Part shown: positions 11,453 through 24,671 of the stretch, one piece after another
Position numbering within the stretch: position 1 is the first letter of the stretch
Layout of the letters: each line of letters begins with the position of its first letter
Source of the DNA: Leucoraja ocellata
Lineage: Eukaryota
DNA: 64,000 nucleotides
Direction: 5' to 3'
NCBI GenBank assembly: GCA_036785375.1
Contig: JAWMAR010000035.1
Span: 186,001-250,000, forward strand
Notes under the pieces: generated by a model
Seen by the model: the letters and a program-made list of their open reading frames with translations, nothing else
What the model was told of the DNA's origin: nothing
Databases searched by the model: none
Program-made: the position numbers and the translations under genes

Positions 11453-12556
11453 AATCAATCAATCAATCAATCAACCTTTATTGTCATCTTGCAAGCAACA
11501 GTTGTACAGTGCAAAATGAAAAGACGTTTCCCAGGGAATAGCGGAGCATCGCACTTGAAATTTAAAACGTTTCACACATAATAACACTAAAAACAATCCA
11601 GTCCCTGATGGAACAGTATAAATAAATAGTTAAAAGCAGGTAAAACACAACGTTAAAATACAATAAACCAATCATAAAAAAGTCCGGGGCAGCAGATTTG
11701 AGTGGCCAGTGCCAGTTATTAAAGTGTCCATGCCAGCCGCAGAATCAAGTGACTGTGAGTACAGAGTGACTGTTTAGCAGCCTCACAGCCTGTGGTAGGA
11801 AGCTGTTTAGCAGTCTTGTAGTCCGGGCTTTGATGCTTCGATATCTCTTGCCTGATGGCAGAAGATCCAGGTGTATGTGGAGGGGGTGCAGTTTGTCCTT
11901 AGCAATTCTCTGAGCTTTTTTCAGACAGCGGCTCTGGAACAGTTCTTGTACCGAGGGTAGGGAGACGCCAATGATCCTCTCTGCTCCCCTCACTACCCTC
12001 TGCAGAGCCTTCCTGTCCGAGCAGTTGCAGGTGGAGTACCACGTATTTATGCAGTACATGAGTACAGACTCCACCGTACCCCTGTAGAAAGTCCTGAGGA
12101 TGTTGGTGGGGAGTGAGGCCTGTTTTAGTTTCCTCAGGAAGTGCAATCGCTGATGGGCCCGTTTGACGGTCCCAGTGGTGTTCCTGGACCAGGTGAGGCT
12201 GTCTGTAATTTGCACACCGAGGAACTTTATGCTCTCCACTCTCTCCACTGCAGTGCCACTGATGTTGAGGGGTGTATGCTTTGGCTGTGCCCTCCTGAAG
12301 TCGACAACCATCTCCTTCGTTTTGTCGAAATTTAATTCTAGATTATTTTTGCCGCACCAGTCCACTAGTTGTTTTACTTCCTCCCTGTACATTGATTCGT
12401 CATCTCCGCTGATGAGTCCCACCACTGTTGTGTCATCTGCGAATTTTATGATCTTATTGTCCCTGAATCTGGCAGCACAGTCATGTGTGAGCAATGTGAA
12501 CAACAGCGGGCTGAGCACACAGCCTTGAGGGGAGCCAGTGCTCAGTGTGATCGAGC
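11453..12556 (-). mobile_element. Young 5'-truncated Rex1/Babar LINE (open RT C-terminal half)
   Basis: Uninterrupted frame STGSPQGCVLSPLLF...IIKFADDTTVVG...NSFLPQAVRLLN (stop at 11745), then 3'UTR, gacaataaag and an (attg)n tail at 11453-11474. Confidence 0.93.
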
Positions 12557-13503
12557 CTAAGTGTTCTTGCCAACAAGGACTGACTGCGGTTTCTCTGTCA
12601 GAAAGTCCAAAATATTTGGAATGCGGCATAAGCAAACAAAAGGAATCATCGTGTGAATAGAAACACGGGCCAAACTTAGAGACAAACTTAGCAATACATC
12701 ATCAGTCAATCAATGTCCTATGTAATAGAGAAAGTGCAAAATTATTTCAACTACGACCTAGAGATCATGCACAGTTGCAGGTTTGGAGATCACATTCAAG
12801 CATCATGAGAGACAAATAGGAATTATCCAGCTATTCTGAAAATGTCTCTAACACAATACAACCTCAGTGAATGCTTGGTTTGTGAGCTGCAGGCTGTAAT
12901 TGTAAGCAGATTATCTGATGAGTACACCTACTCAGAGTTACTAAGCATGTTAGATCTACTGCTCAAACAGGCATGCATGGTAGCTGGGTCCACGGAAATG
13001 ATTTCTGAAAATGCAAGGAGCTTCAGCGATACAGAACATAACATGATGCTCGAAGAGATGGGTATGTAGGAACTCTCACAACTTCTGAGAAGTATCTGGT
13101 AATTCGCTTGAAACGCCAAGGCACAGAAGAATACAGAGCAAATACAGCTACATGGAATAAGTACTATCGTCTGCATGGGCATGGTGGGAAGAAAATCCCA
13201 TTTCTATGCTGTATGGTTCAATAAATACTGTATAGACCATCAACAAACACAGTAACAGGAGCTCCAACTTGGACTCATGTGGTCCAAAAAGTGGGGGTGC
13301 AAGGCTCCTCCTGTGCTGGGAATCACTAAACATAATGGTGTCAGTTCAGAGCAGCAAGATACTTCAATTGTAAAAAGCAAGCACACGGCGAATCTGAATG
13401 CAGGGCTAAATGTGCGGCAAAGCAAAGTAGCAGCAGTCATCCTGTGTCCCAATGCACGACTTAAAATAACTCCAAAATTAACAACCGGTCATATAACACC
13501 AAA

Positions 13504-13817
13504 GGGCGGCACGGTGGCGCAGTGGTAGAACTGCTGCCTTACATCGTTGCAGTGCGAGTTCAAACCTGACTATGGGTGCTGTCTGTACGGAGTTTGTACG
13601 TTCTCCCTGTGACCGAGTGCGTTTTCTCCGAGATCTTCGGCTTCCTCCCACACTCCAAAAGTTTGTAGGTTAATTGGCTTGTGTTTGTATACTCGGTATA
13701 AGTGTAAATTGTCCCTAGTGTGTGTAGGATAGTGATAATGGGCGGGGATCGCTGGTCGGCACAGACTCGGTGGGCTGAAGGGCCGGTTTCCATGCTGTAT
13801 CCCTAAACTAAACTAAA
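13504..13817 (+). mobile_element. tRNA-derived SINE (HE1/V-SINE type)
   Basis: Head ggcacggtggcgcagtggta (A box) and gagttcaaacct (B box), V-domain ggagtttgtacgttctccctgtg, CR1-like tail ending (taaac)n. Confidence 0.9.
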
Positions 13818-14576
13818 GGATCAAAAATCCAAGGAATGTATTTTAAATAAAGCATATGCCATTAGCAGTATTTTTAAAATAGTAGTTGCAAATTTAAAGA
13901 TTAATAATCAAGATGTTAATAGGAATATTGACACAGCTGCTAACTGCTGCAGCCTGGGAAGGGTACACAGTGACCAGATGGTGCCATGAGCAAGACGCAT
14001 ATTATAGTTGTGAACATATTCTGTCCAGGCCCTAGGAACATTGCAACAAATGAACGTGTTATCCTCCATAATGGGCAAAAGGCAAGGTCACTCAATGTAG
14101 CAGCTGATTAGGGGAAAATTAGCTAAAAAAAGTTGAGTGGATTAGAAAATCATGCTTAGCATGTATACACCATTACCATGTTTAAAGAAGCTTCTGGCAT
14201 CATGGAGAAATGTTGTAAGCCTTGTGTATGGGCATTTAAAGTTACCACACTCACATACAGCATGGAAACAGGCCATTTGGCCCAGTACATCCCTGCTGGG
14301 TATCATCGATACCAGAGTCTTCCATGCCATTTTAAGTGTTCATCTAAATACTTCTTAAATGCTGTGAGGGTACCTGTCATGAATATTTATAAAAGCCAAA
14401 CGCAGACCAATCTAGTGTAAAGCTAGGCTGTGTTTTATAGGCTGAAAGCCATGCAGAAGAACTAAAAAAACTGGAGCAACATGGAATATTGGTGAAAATG
14501 TTGCAGGATGATTAAGTGACACCCATCACCGCTGTATATGGACTGTCCAGCTCCAGAAGCATCATAGGGAATTTCA

Positions 14577-14640
14577 GTTTGAAGAAGGGTCCCGACCTGA
14601 AATATCGCCTGCCCATTCCCTACACAGATGCTGTCTGAAC
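14577..14640 (+). repeat. Penelope terminal-repeat fragment
   Basis: gtttgaagaagggtcccgacctgaaatatcgcc...cagatgctg matches the other copies. Confidence 0.7.
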
Positions 14641-15492
14641 ATAGAGAAGTACAGCACAGGAATAGAGAAGTACATCACAGGAATAGGCCCTTTGGGACAC
14701 AATGTCTATGCCGGATATGATGCCAAGTTAAACTAATCTCATCTGCCAGCACATCATCCATATCCCTCTATGCCCTGCATATCCACATGACTACTTAAAA
14801 GCCTCTTAAACTACACTATAGTATCTGCCTCCACCACCATCCTGACAGCGCATTCCAGGCACCCACCATCCCCTCTGTAAAAAGACTTGCCCCATATATC
14901 TTTAAACCTTCCCCTAATAACCTTAAAGCTATGCCCTTTACTTTATCAGACTCAGGACTTTCCCTCTGTTATCAGACCTGAAAAGTCCATCCATAAGCTA
15001 AGCTCCAGTCCTGATTCTCCAACCTACCTCATTGAGGATATTGGACTTTTTCTCTGGAACTGTTACGATACATTGCTGAGAACTATATTCTAGACTCTGT
15101 ATCTTTCTCATTGCTCTACCTTTTGTACATGAGTTTAGCTTGATTGTATTCATGCATATAATTATCTGATTCCATTGGATAGCGTGCAAACAAAGCTGTT
15201 CACTGTACATCAGCACACATGATAATAATAAACCTAAACCTATGCCTCTCATAATTTTATGTATTTCTATCGGGTCTCCCCTCAACCTCTGGCGTCCTAG
15301 AGAAAACAATCCAAGTTCATCTAACCTATCCTTGTATCTAAAACATGCTAATCCAAGCAGCATTCCCGTAAACGTCTTCTGCATACTCTCCAAAGCCTTC
15401 CTGTAATGGGGCGACAAGAACTGGATGCAATACTGCAAACGAGGTCTAACCAACGCTATAGAGCTGCATCATGATTTCCCGAATCTTATACC
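14641..15492 (-). mobile_element. CR1 LINE 3' part with a nested plus-strand Rex1-type tail (about 14995-15240)
   Basis: VRPRLQYCIQFLSPHY...LGLFSLGRQRLRGD CR1 C-terminus. The nested piece ends gttcactgtacatcagcacacatgataataa(taaacc)n. Confidence 0.82.
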
Positions 15493-16439
15493 TGGTGTAA
15501 TGGCAGTTTCTATATCTTCTCAAAGTCCAGCTTCGATAGCCATTACTTCTCGAGAATATGATGGAGCTATAGTTTACACACTCACCAAACCCTTATGATA
15601 GCAAAAACAAATTCTCCAGACGTTGCTTCTTGATGAATTGGTCTTTATTGAAGTAATACATAACAAAGAAATAACTCGTAACTTTCCGTTCTCAATAGCT
15701 GTTCCTTTCATGGCACATAAATCAGTGTGATTTATAAGCATATTATAACAGTGTGGCGTCTCCCGTCTCATGTGATTGTCAGATTGGGATAAAAACTGTT
15801 AGCCTTCACTTCCTTCGAGACAAATTAAAACTCAAATTATGAGTCTGCACTAGTCTCCTCCAAAGTAGACTCACCCCTCCACGTATCAAATCCCACCTAC
15901 AAGCATACATACCGATAAGAATTACAAATATTAGACATGGCTATAATATACTGACTTAAGCTTCATGGCTCCTACACTTAGTGAACTGCTGAGTTTCTCT
16001 AACATTTTTTGTTTACTTTTAGTAGAGCGGTGAACTATATTTTCTGCCCATATTTATGCACCTAATTTGCAAGGGATCAGGTATTTCTTAAGATAGATCT
16101 GCCTCTTATGTAGATTTAAAAAAAGGCAATGTAATTTGAAATGTATTTTTGCTTCGGCTGTCCCTCGAGGTTGAAGCTTCCATTGTAGTTCTGTGGTTTC
16201 TGAGGCTGACAGATCATTGTGGAAGGCTTTGGATCCCATGTTTTGAAAGGATGCAAGGAGGGAATAGAGGTATCCAAATCCAATAAACTCCTGACAAATG
16301 CTTGGAAGACAGCACAATGACAACAATGACTGCTTTTTGCAACCAACACAATGTTTCATCAGTTTAAAAAGATCCGTGGGATCCGTGGCAAGTGGGAACA
16401 TTGGCTTAGTGACAAGGGACAAAGGGTGATGGGGCCAGA

Positions 16440-16535
16440 GATAGACATAAAGTGCTAGAGTAACTCAACGGGTCAGGCAGCATCTCTGGAGAAAAAGGAT
16501 GGGTAACGTTTCGGGTTGGGACCCTTCTTCAGATG
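16440..16535 (-). repeat. Penelope terminal repeat
   Basis: gtgctagagtaactcaacgggtcaggcagcatctctgg...acgtttcgggttgggacccttcttcaga. Confidence 0.8.
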
Positions 16536-16589
16536 ATGGTGCCGGGTTTTTCTGTATTTAAAATCCTGATAAGTGGTGTAGCACAGTGA

Positions 16590-17070
16590 TCGGTACTGGG
16601 ACACTTGCAGTTTGTTACATAGAGTAATCATTTGGTTATGAATGTACCAGGTGTCATTTGTAAATTTACAGATGATACAAAACAGTGGTGTTGTTGATAG
16701 TGAGGAGGATAGTTGTAGGCTACAGGATGACAGATGGCAAGGTGGGTTGTGCAATGGAAGATGGAAATTAATCCAATACTTGAAAGCTTTTGCACTTTTG
16801 GGGACTAATAAGACCCCATATGCACAATGACATGTGGGACCATTGGAAATAAGTGAAGAACAGAGGAACCTTGGTGTACAGATCCAAGGATCTCTAAAAA
16901 TGGCAGAATAGATAGATAAGGCAGTGAAGAAGGTACCATTAATGCCTTCATTAGCCAAGCCACAGTATTTTAGAGCAGCAGGAATATGATACAACTTTAT
17001 TTTTTTTAATGGTTTGGTCACAGCAGGAATACTGTGTACATCTCCGGTCACCACACTGCAGGGTGGACAC
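16590..17070 (+). mobile_element. Old CR1 RT fragment
   Basis: aaatttacagatgatacaaaa (KFTDDTK) and cagaggaaccttggtgtacag (QRNLGVQ), heavily mutated. Confidence 0.7.
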
Positions 17071-17169
17071 GTTTGCTTGTATCACAATCAATTATTATAC
17101 ACCCTAGGAAAACAAACTTTAAGAGTTTTGGTTTCCTGGTTATATTCCTGCCAGGAGCATCTTTATTTA

Positions 17170-18090
17170 AAGCAGTTGGATGATGATACCACCAACATTG
17201 AATGAAAATGGGAACACAGTAGGGAGATTGATAATCTGGCTGAGTAGTGCTAGGAAAAAAAACTATTTTGCTCTCAACATTAACAAGACCAAACAGCTGA
17301 TTGTTGACTTTAGGAAGGGAAAGATAAGGTACCATGCATCCGTCTTCACTGGCAGAGCAGCGATGGAATGTGTCAACAGCTTCAAGTTTCTGAGCGTGTA
17401 CATTTCTGATAGTCTGACCTGTGCAGCACAATGATGCAATCAGAAAGAATGCTTGCAAATGCCTCTCCTTCCGACATATTCAGCATGTTACCGAATACAC
17501 TCCCAACAGAGTTGAGAGCGAATACGCTCCCGACGCGGGTAAACGGAGATCATACCGACTGGTTGCATCGTGGCCTGGTTTGGACATTCACAGACTGAGG
17601 AACAAAGGGGGCTGCAGACATCGCCTAGTCCATCATGGGCACTGACCTCCGCACCGTTGAAGGGAACTACATGCAGCACTTCCTCAAAAGGCTGCTAATA
17701 TCATCAAGCCCCACTACCCAGACCATATTCTCATCTCGTTGCTACAATTGAGATGGTGGTACAGGAGCCAGAGAAACATTTCCTCCAGGTTTAAGAACAG
17801 TTTCCTTCTGTTGATATGCAAAACACCATCACATTTTTGCACTTCCGTTCACGGCCCTAACCACAACCATTCCTCAGCATTGAACCATTACCGACTTCAC
17901 ATCACTATTGATACTTAATGTATTTTGGTTTTTGCACTATCATGGTCTGGTTTATTTGGAATCATTAATAATTGGTTGTATATTTATTGTTATTGTTGCA
18001 TCTAATGTGCCTGTAAATCTGCAGTAAGTAATACTATAATTGTTCCAGTTCACATTTGGTGCTTAAAACAAATAAACACTCAAACTCTTG
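17170..18090 (+). mobile_element. Old Rex1/Babar LINE 3' fragment
   Basis: ALNINKTKQLIVDFRK, NSFKFLSVYISDSLT, later tccaggtttaagaacagtttc, and a tail with aataaac at about 18071. Confidence 0.8.
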
Positions 18091-18291
18091 ATGAGCACAT
18101 CTTACAACCTTCCAAAAACACGAGTGCTATTGTAACTGGATACCGTTAATATGTTGTTTTTTCTGTATGATCTGTAGAAGTGGGTAGGTTGGCAGAGAAC
18201 GAAGTGGTTCAAATTATCAACTGTCATCGCCTGGTCAACTTAAATATTCCGACTAAATTTAGGGCAATGAATTCCCAATTTGCTGTGCTAT

Positions 18292-19632
18292 AGAGTCATA
18301 CAGCTTGGGGACAGGCCTTTCCACCCAGTTTGCCCATGCTAATAAATGTGCTCCACCTACACTCGTCCCACCTGCCTGCATTGGCCCATATCCCTCTAAC
18401 CCTTTCCTATCCATGTACCTGTATAAACATATTTTAAACATTGTTATAGTTTCTGCCTCAACCACTGTACATCTTCCAGCAGGTCATTCTATACACCCAC
18501 CACTTTCTGTGTCCAAAAGATGCCCCTTAGATTCCTATTAAATCTTTCCTCTCTCATCTTAAACCTGTATCTTCTAGTTCTTGATTCCCCAACTCTGGGT
18601 AAAAGTATGCCTCTACCCCAATTCTATCTAATCCCTTCATTATCGGGTACACTTCTATAGAATTATCTCTTATCCTCCTACAGGAATACCTCTCATGCTC
18701 CCAAGGAATACAGTCCTATCCTGCCCAACCTCTCCCTATAGCTCAGGTCCTGGCAACATCTTTTGCAAATCTTCTCTGCACTCTTTCCGGTTAACACCAT
18801 GTTTCCTATAGCAGGGTGGCTAAAACTTAACACAATACTCCAACTGTGGCCTCACCAACACCCCGTACAGCTGTAACATAACATCCCAACTTTTATACTC
18901 AATACCCTGACTAATGAAGGTCAATATGCCAAAAGCCTTCTTGACCACCCTATCTACCTGTCACACCACTTTGAAGAATCTACGTATCCAGATCCCTCTG
19001 CTCTACAACTCTCCAGAGTCCTGCCATTTACTGTGAAGGTATTGCCCTGGTTAGACTTCCCAAAATGAAACACCTCACATTTAACTGCATTAAATTCCAT
19101 TAGCCGTTACTCTGCCCTCTTGCCCAACTGATCATGATCCTGCTGTAACCTTTGCTAACGATCTTTGCTGTCTATATTACCACTCACTTTAGTGTCAGCT
19201 GCAAACTTACTATCATGCTTTGTACATCCTCATCCAAATCGTTTCTATAAACTATAAACTGCAATGGACCTAGCACCGATGCTTGAGGCACACCATTAGT
19301 CATAGACCTCCAGTCCGAAAAACAATTTTCCACCATCACCCTTTACTTCCTTCCGTGAAGCCAATTTTCTATCCAGTCGGCTAGCTGTCCTTGGATCCCA
19401 TGCGATCTAACCTTCCAGAACAGCCGATCATGCGGAACCTTGTCGAATATCTTGCTGAAATCCATATAAACAACATCATGAACCTTTCAAAAAACTCAAT
19501 CAGCTCATGAGAGACAATCTCTCAAGTACAAAACCATGCTGAATATCCCTAATCAGCCCCTGTCTATCTAAATGCTCTATCTCACCCTTAGAATACTCTC
19601 TAGTAATTTTCCGAATGCAGATGTTAGGCTCG
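18292..19632 (-). mobile_element. CR1 LINE RT to 3' end, decayed
   Basis: Reverse strand carries QHGF, DFSKIFDKVPH, GVPQASVLGPL, KFAADTK and the CR1 3'UTR (VEAETITMFK...RYMDRKGLEGYG). Confidence 0.88.
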
Positions 19633-20504
19633 ATGTTTCATTCAAAGTTTCAGATCATTATTTTGGCATTGGTTTTGGATTATCTGGAACACATTGGGTA
19701 AAGTCCACTCGTCTCCAAGCTAACAGTGAACAATTAATGCTGCCAATAAAGAGCTCACAGAAGCACAGACAGGAAGTGATCGTTCAGACATCTTTAGCCA
19801 GGTGCACAATCTGCTTTGTCAAAGAATCTTCTTATTTATTTAACCTCCTCAGGGAAATGACTCAGGGTAGTTGAGTAAAGCATGAGAATGTTCCACATTC
19901 CATGTCAACTCCTGCTTTGCTACATTCCAGAAAACATCGTCATCTGTGGAAGCTGTGACTATTTCTGAATATCAATCCTGTTTTGTGGCAAATAGGTCTT
20001 CAATTAAGCATTTAACCAAGAAGCACTTTCCTTTCGCACAGAAATGATGTTTATTAAAGTCCTGCTAGTGCACATACCAATCAATTCCCATTTTGGTAGG
20101 TTATTATAATCTATCATTCCCGCAGCATGTTTGAGATTAAGTAAAACTCTCTCGACACTGTCACATCAAAAACTACCAGGGCAGGGAGAGCAGGAAATAT
20201 ATATGGATATGTAGAATGCAAGAGATTCAAGCCCATCTTTGATTATTTGAAGAGGCTGCTCTTTAAGTTCGCTTTTTGAGGAAGATTCTATGGGTACCCA
20301 GAGCAGAAAGTTGGGGTGGAGAGGGGTTGGTCAGGGGACCTCACCATTAGTTTGCTCCTGAGCCTGGCTACAGTGTCCAGTAACAGGTCATTGGATAGCC
20401 ATCCCACTCTCTATCAGCCCGTTATCCTATCCAAGATTATATTTGTGCCCACAATTGAGCCCAGGAATAGTGGGCACTGCAGAGTACATTCTGGATATCA
20501 AAGA

Positions 20505-20993
20505 TAAAGATTTACTAGAATGTTGCCTGGGTTTCAGCAACTAAGTTACTGAGAAAGGTTGAACAAGTTAGGGCTTTATTCTTTGGAGCGCAGAAGGTTA
20601 AGGGGGGACTTGATAGAGGTTTTTAAAATGATGAGAGGGATAGACAGAGTTGACGTGGAAAAGCTTTTCCCACTGAGAGTAGGGAAGATTCAAACAAGGG
20701 GACATGACTTGAGAATTAAGGGACTGAAGTTTAGGGGTAACATGAGGGGGAACTTCTTTACTCAGAGAGTGGTAGCTGTGTGGAATGAGCTTCCAGTGAA
20801 GGTGGTGGAGGCAGGTTCATTTTTTTATCATTTAAAAATAAATTAGATAGTTATATGGATGGGAAGGGAATGGAGGGTTATGGTCTGAGCACAGGTATAT
20901 GGGACTAGGGGAGATTATGTGTTCGGCACGGACTAGAAGGGTGGAGATGGCCTGTTTCCGTGCTGTCATTGTTATATGGTTATATGGTTATAT
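20505..20993 (+). mobile_element. Young CR1 LINE 3' end
   Basis: LGLYSLERRRLRGDLIEVFKMM...NFFTQRVVAVWNELP and a (gttatatg)n tail. Nearly the same sequence as 58943-59388. Confidence 0.93.
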
Positions 20994-21039
20994 AATATTT
21001 GAACTGCTTTGTTGGTGATGTTTTAATTAAAAAAGAAAA

Positions 21040-21480
21040 ATGGGATATACACAGACATCAAGTAAAGCATCTTATGTACTGTGATGTCACACACTCTCAG
21101 GGAAGGGGCAGCACAGGTTAGAAACATAGTGAATCTCCCTTAACACAGTGCCATCAAACAGTGCGGGCAGGGACAGCATGAGTTAAAGATAGAATGAAAC
21201 GTCCTCTCCACTGTCACGTCACACACTCCCACAGCAGAAACTTTAGGGTGATACCAAAAGATAAAGATTAGATACTGCATAAAGCTTAGTCTACCATCAC
21301 ACACTCACTGGGCAGGAGGTAAAACTTTGTCCATTCTGTTCCTTCACAAGTGTCAGGAGAGCATGGGATAGATACAGAGAAAGGTTTCTTCTGTACTGTG
21401 CCAAGGCTGGTAGAGAAACTGCTAGATACAATATACAGCTCTCCCTACATTACCAGAACTAACTCACCTCTCACAGCAAA
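21040..21480. repeat. Degenerate ~65-bp tandem repeat
   Basis: Recurrent acactc(t/c)caggg...cagca...ttaga(t/a)aca...g(t/a)aaa...ctc..ct.cactgt.catc unit. Isolated copies near 20140-20200 and 21885-21945. Confidence 0.6.
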
Positions 21481-23090
21481 ACTAACAAACAGAGTTTCCG
21501 TAATCAAAATCATCCATTTTCCACTTTTAGATACCGACTAACCTGCTGAGCATTTGCTGTATTTTCTGCTCTGTTTTCGAATTCACGAACCGTCTGGTAC
21601 GATGATGAATCACAAATGGAGATTCTTAAAATTCCACAATTCGCAAAACCTCACCCACAACCTACAATCAGCACTGATGCTTCATAAAATACCTTGCTCA
21701 TTGATGGGGTATAAAGGTTATTCTCAATCATCAGGTGAACATGGTATCTCAGGCTAACTTGGGTTTATGAGAAGATTTGCTGCAGAGGAGGAGGGGCCCG
21801 ATGTACACATGATTTCATTTTTTTCTCTTTATTCATAAGGTGAAAGTAAGAGGGAAGTTTCCATTCCAGGCAATCACAGTTCACCAAACACACCCAGCGC
21901 TCGAACAGTGTGGGGCAGAGTAAAGATCCCTTTCTACTCTCTCGACAAAGGCTAACAGGACTTCAGCCATTTCTAAATGTGTGAATCAGATACAAGTTCC
22001 TGTTGTGGGCCTGATACAACATTGGTAGAGTTACATTTTCCAATTTTGTGAAAAAACTAACCCCCACCCTAACTCCCTCCAAAAGGCATTCTTTGCAGGG
22101 GTATCGGTATAGATTTATTATTGCCACATGTACTGAGATACAGTGAAGAAAATGTGTTGTGGTATCCAGGCAAATATGGGTATAATCAAACCACATCTGA
22201 GTACCACAGGTAGTGTGAAAAGAAAAAGCAAACAGTGCAGAATAGTGTTGCAGTGTAGAGAAAGAGCAGATAAATAAAACGTACAAGTCCCACAACCAGC
22301 TACACGAGGAAAACAGGCATATTTCAGTGTTTTTTTAATTTTTATAATTGATATATCAGTTGAAAACAAATGGCAGGCACGTAAAATTCATTTCGCCTGC
22401 AGAATTTAGGTTGCAGCTTTAAAATCTCCCCGTAAAATTATTGGATGAATTGTGGCAAAGTAACAATGACATGAGTGACTATGTGCAAGAAAATGAAACT
22501 TTTGCCTAAGAATTGTTTAGTCTGAGGAATTCCACTCCAGCGGTGCAATTCCCAGCAGGAATTTTGTGATCTCCGATATTGAATCAGCAACTAACAGCCC
22601 AAGTAACAATAAGCAATGGGACATGGAGACTGAATCCTTCCCGATTGGAAAATAGGTTCACTTCATCTCTCATGCACCTTTTGAATAATGTGCCGCCATG
22701 AATTTGCAATCCATTTTTTTTCCTCGAAAGGTGATCTTCATTTCCAACGAGCAGCAGTGGTTCGGCACCTGTACAACTATAAAATTATGGTGTGGAGACT
22801 TTGTGATAGCGCAGGTTCACCATGTATCTTGTAGAATCAGTGCACTGATACAGCAAATCAACGCGTGACTTAGTACGTGTTTTGATTTAGTTGCACATAA
22901 ACCACTGCCTGGACCAGAGATTGATGCTACACACCCAAAGAGCATTTTTAAATTAATCTATAATTAACAGATGATACCAAGTACTAATAGAAATCAAAAG
23001 GCACCCCGAACACAAAAGCAAAATAACAATTCAAAATTCAAACCCTAAGCCTGGGCTTAATGTGTTTTTTCCCACAATGTACTGTGAATA

Positions 23091-24119
23091 CAGGTAGTTC
23101 TGCTATAACGAGATGGTTGCATTCTTAAGAAACCTTGCGTTATAGAAAATATTGTTATAAAAACATTTGTGTCAATGGGGAAAAAGAGGGTAGGGGCTAG
23201 AGAGTTTTAGACTTGCAAAAACAAAGATTTTTTGGCATTATTTTTTCAGAAATAAGTTCTTTACAATAGCTGTAAATTTAGTTTTGTTACTGCAAGCCAA
23301 AAATACTAAAGACTGCATGTTGCATTGTTTAATAATCATTGCACAAGAAGTAGTGGTGAGGCCGTGGTGGCAGTGAAGCCTCGTGACGATGGGGCCTCGG
23401 TAGCGGTGAAGCCTCGCGGCCGCGATACCTTGCAGGTCGACCCGCAGTCGACGGTCGATGAGAGCGTGGAGGACCACTTTGAGGGTTGAGGGGAATAACA
23501 ATGGAGGACCCAGCGTGGGGGGTGACTGCCGTGAGGGAGGTGGGGGAAGAACAATGGACAATTGGAGAGGGGGAGAACAAAGGACAATGGGTACCCGGCG
23601 TGGGGGAGCCGTTGTGGGGGGGGTGAAGAACAAAAGGAGGAGCCGGCGTGATTTGTAACTTTGGCAGCGCCGTAAGTGACTGCTATTTGAATACATTAGG
23701 TATGCAGCAAAGAATCTCACTGTGCCTAGTCACATGTCACAATAAAGTAAAGGATTCACAAGTGCCAACATAAGCGATTGCTTGTCAACTTCAATGGCTA
23801 CCTGCGGTGAAATTGACAAACTGTGTTCTTAAGGCACAATTGTGTCTAATTATGGCTGGGAAGTAATATGGAAACTACCCAGCCATAAACTCCCCCCCCC
23901 CCCCAACACACACACAACCCCCCCCAACAGCTTTTTTGCAAGTCAGCTTTTTTTCTGTTTGTCAATTTCCAAAGTAACTTTTAAATGGTTCTCCAGTTTC
24001 CTGTCAAAATTGTATTATAATCAATTCAGCCTGCGTAATACAAATAGTATTCTCTAATTTATCAATCGTGTTACATCAAACTAGCAATAGAGAAACGTGC
24101 GCTATAGCAGAACTACCCA
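23091..24119. mobile_element. Tigger/pogo-like non-autonomous DNA transposon (old)
   Basis: 15-bp perfect inverted match GGTAGTTCTGCTATA (23093-23107) and TATAGCAGAACTACC (24103-24117), CAG start, TA on both flanks (23089-23090, 24120-24121). Confidence 0.75.
23345..23750 (+). mobile_element. GC-rich non-coding retroposon with Rex1-type tail, nested in the MITE
   Basis: CpG-rich body with repeated gaaca(a)tgga/gaacaaagga units, ending aagaatctcactgtgcctagtcacatgtcacaataaagta. Confidence 0.65.
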
Positions 24120-24671
24120 TACTTCGCATACATTTTTAGCTATAATTCACTTTAGGCTACCTTGCAGTCTTGAGAGATTTTGAATGTGAAAGGTATTTCT
24201 ATTCTTTCTTTACAGGACTAGAAGAGATCAGTCAGTCGTTTGTGCTTACATTTAATTTTAAGCAGTATGAAGCCAGCAGGGGTTAGGGAAGTAGCTTGAT
24301 CTATCACTATCATATCTCACACTGGGTCAGACAGCTCCCAATTTCAATTCCCAGTCCATACTTTGTCTATTCACTACCTTGTTTAGAAATTACTCCGATC
24401 TCACCCCCATCCAAGCTCAACAATCCATCTATGTTGCTCCTCCAGTTCTGGTCACATGCAGTTTTACCACAGGCAGCTGTGACTTCAACTGGTGAGGGCC
24501 CAAGTCCTGGATTTTCCAGTATAAAACTCTCTACTTCCCCACCTCAATTTCCCCCAAGACACAGATCTATTAAAGCATTTATTCCCATTATGTGCTTGAG
24601 TGTCAAATTCTCTTTGACAGTGCACTTGAGAAGCACTTTGGACATTTTACTAAAGATATATGCAAGTTTCT

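Noticed and set aside
12560-13500. Possible Gypsy gag-like relic (AHSCRFGDH...RDK)
   Set aside because: Only one short weak motif; no LTR, PBS or pol seen.
13504-13575. tRNA gene
   Set aside because: A and B boxes are the head of a SINE; no complete cloverleaf.
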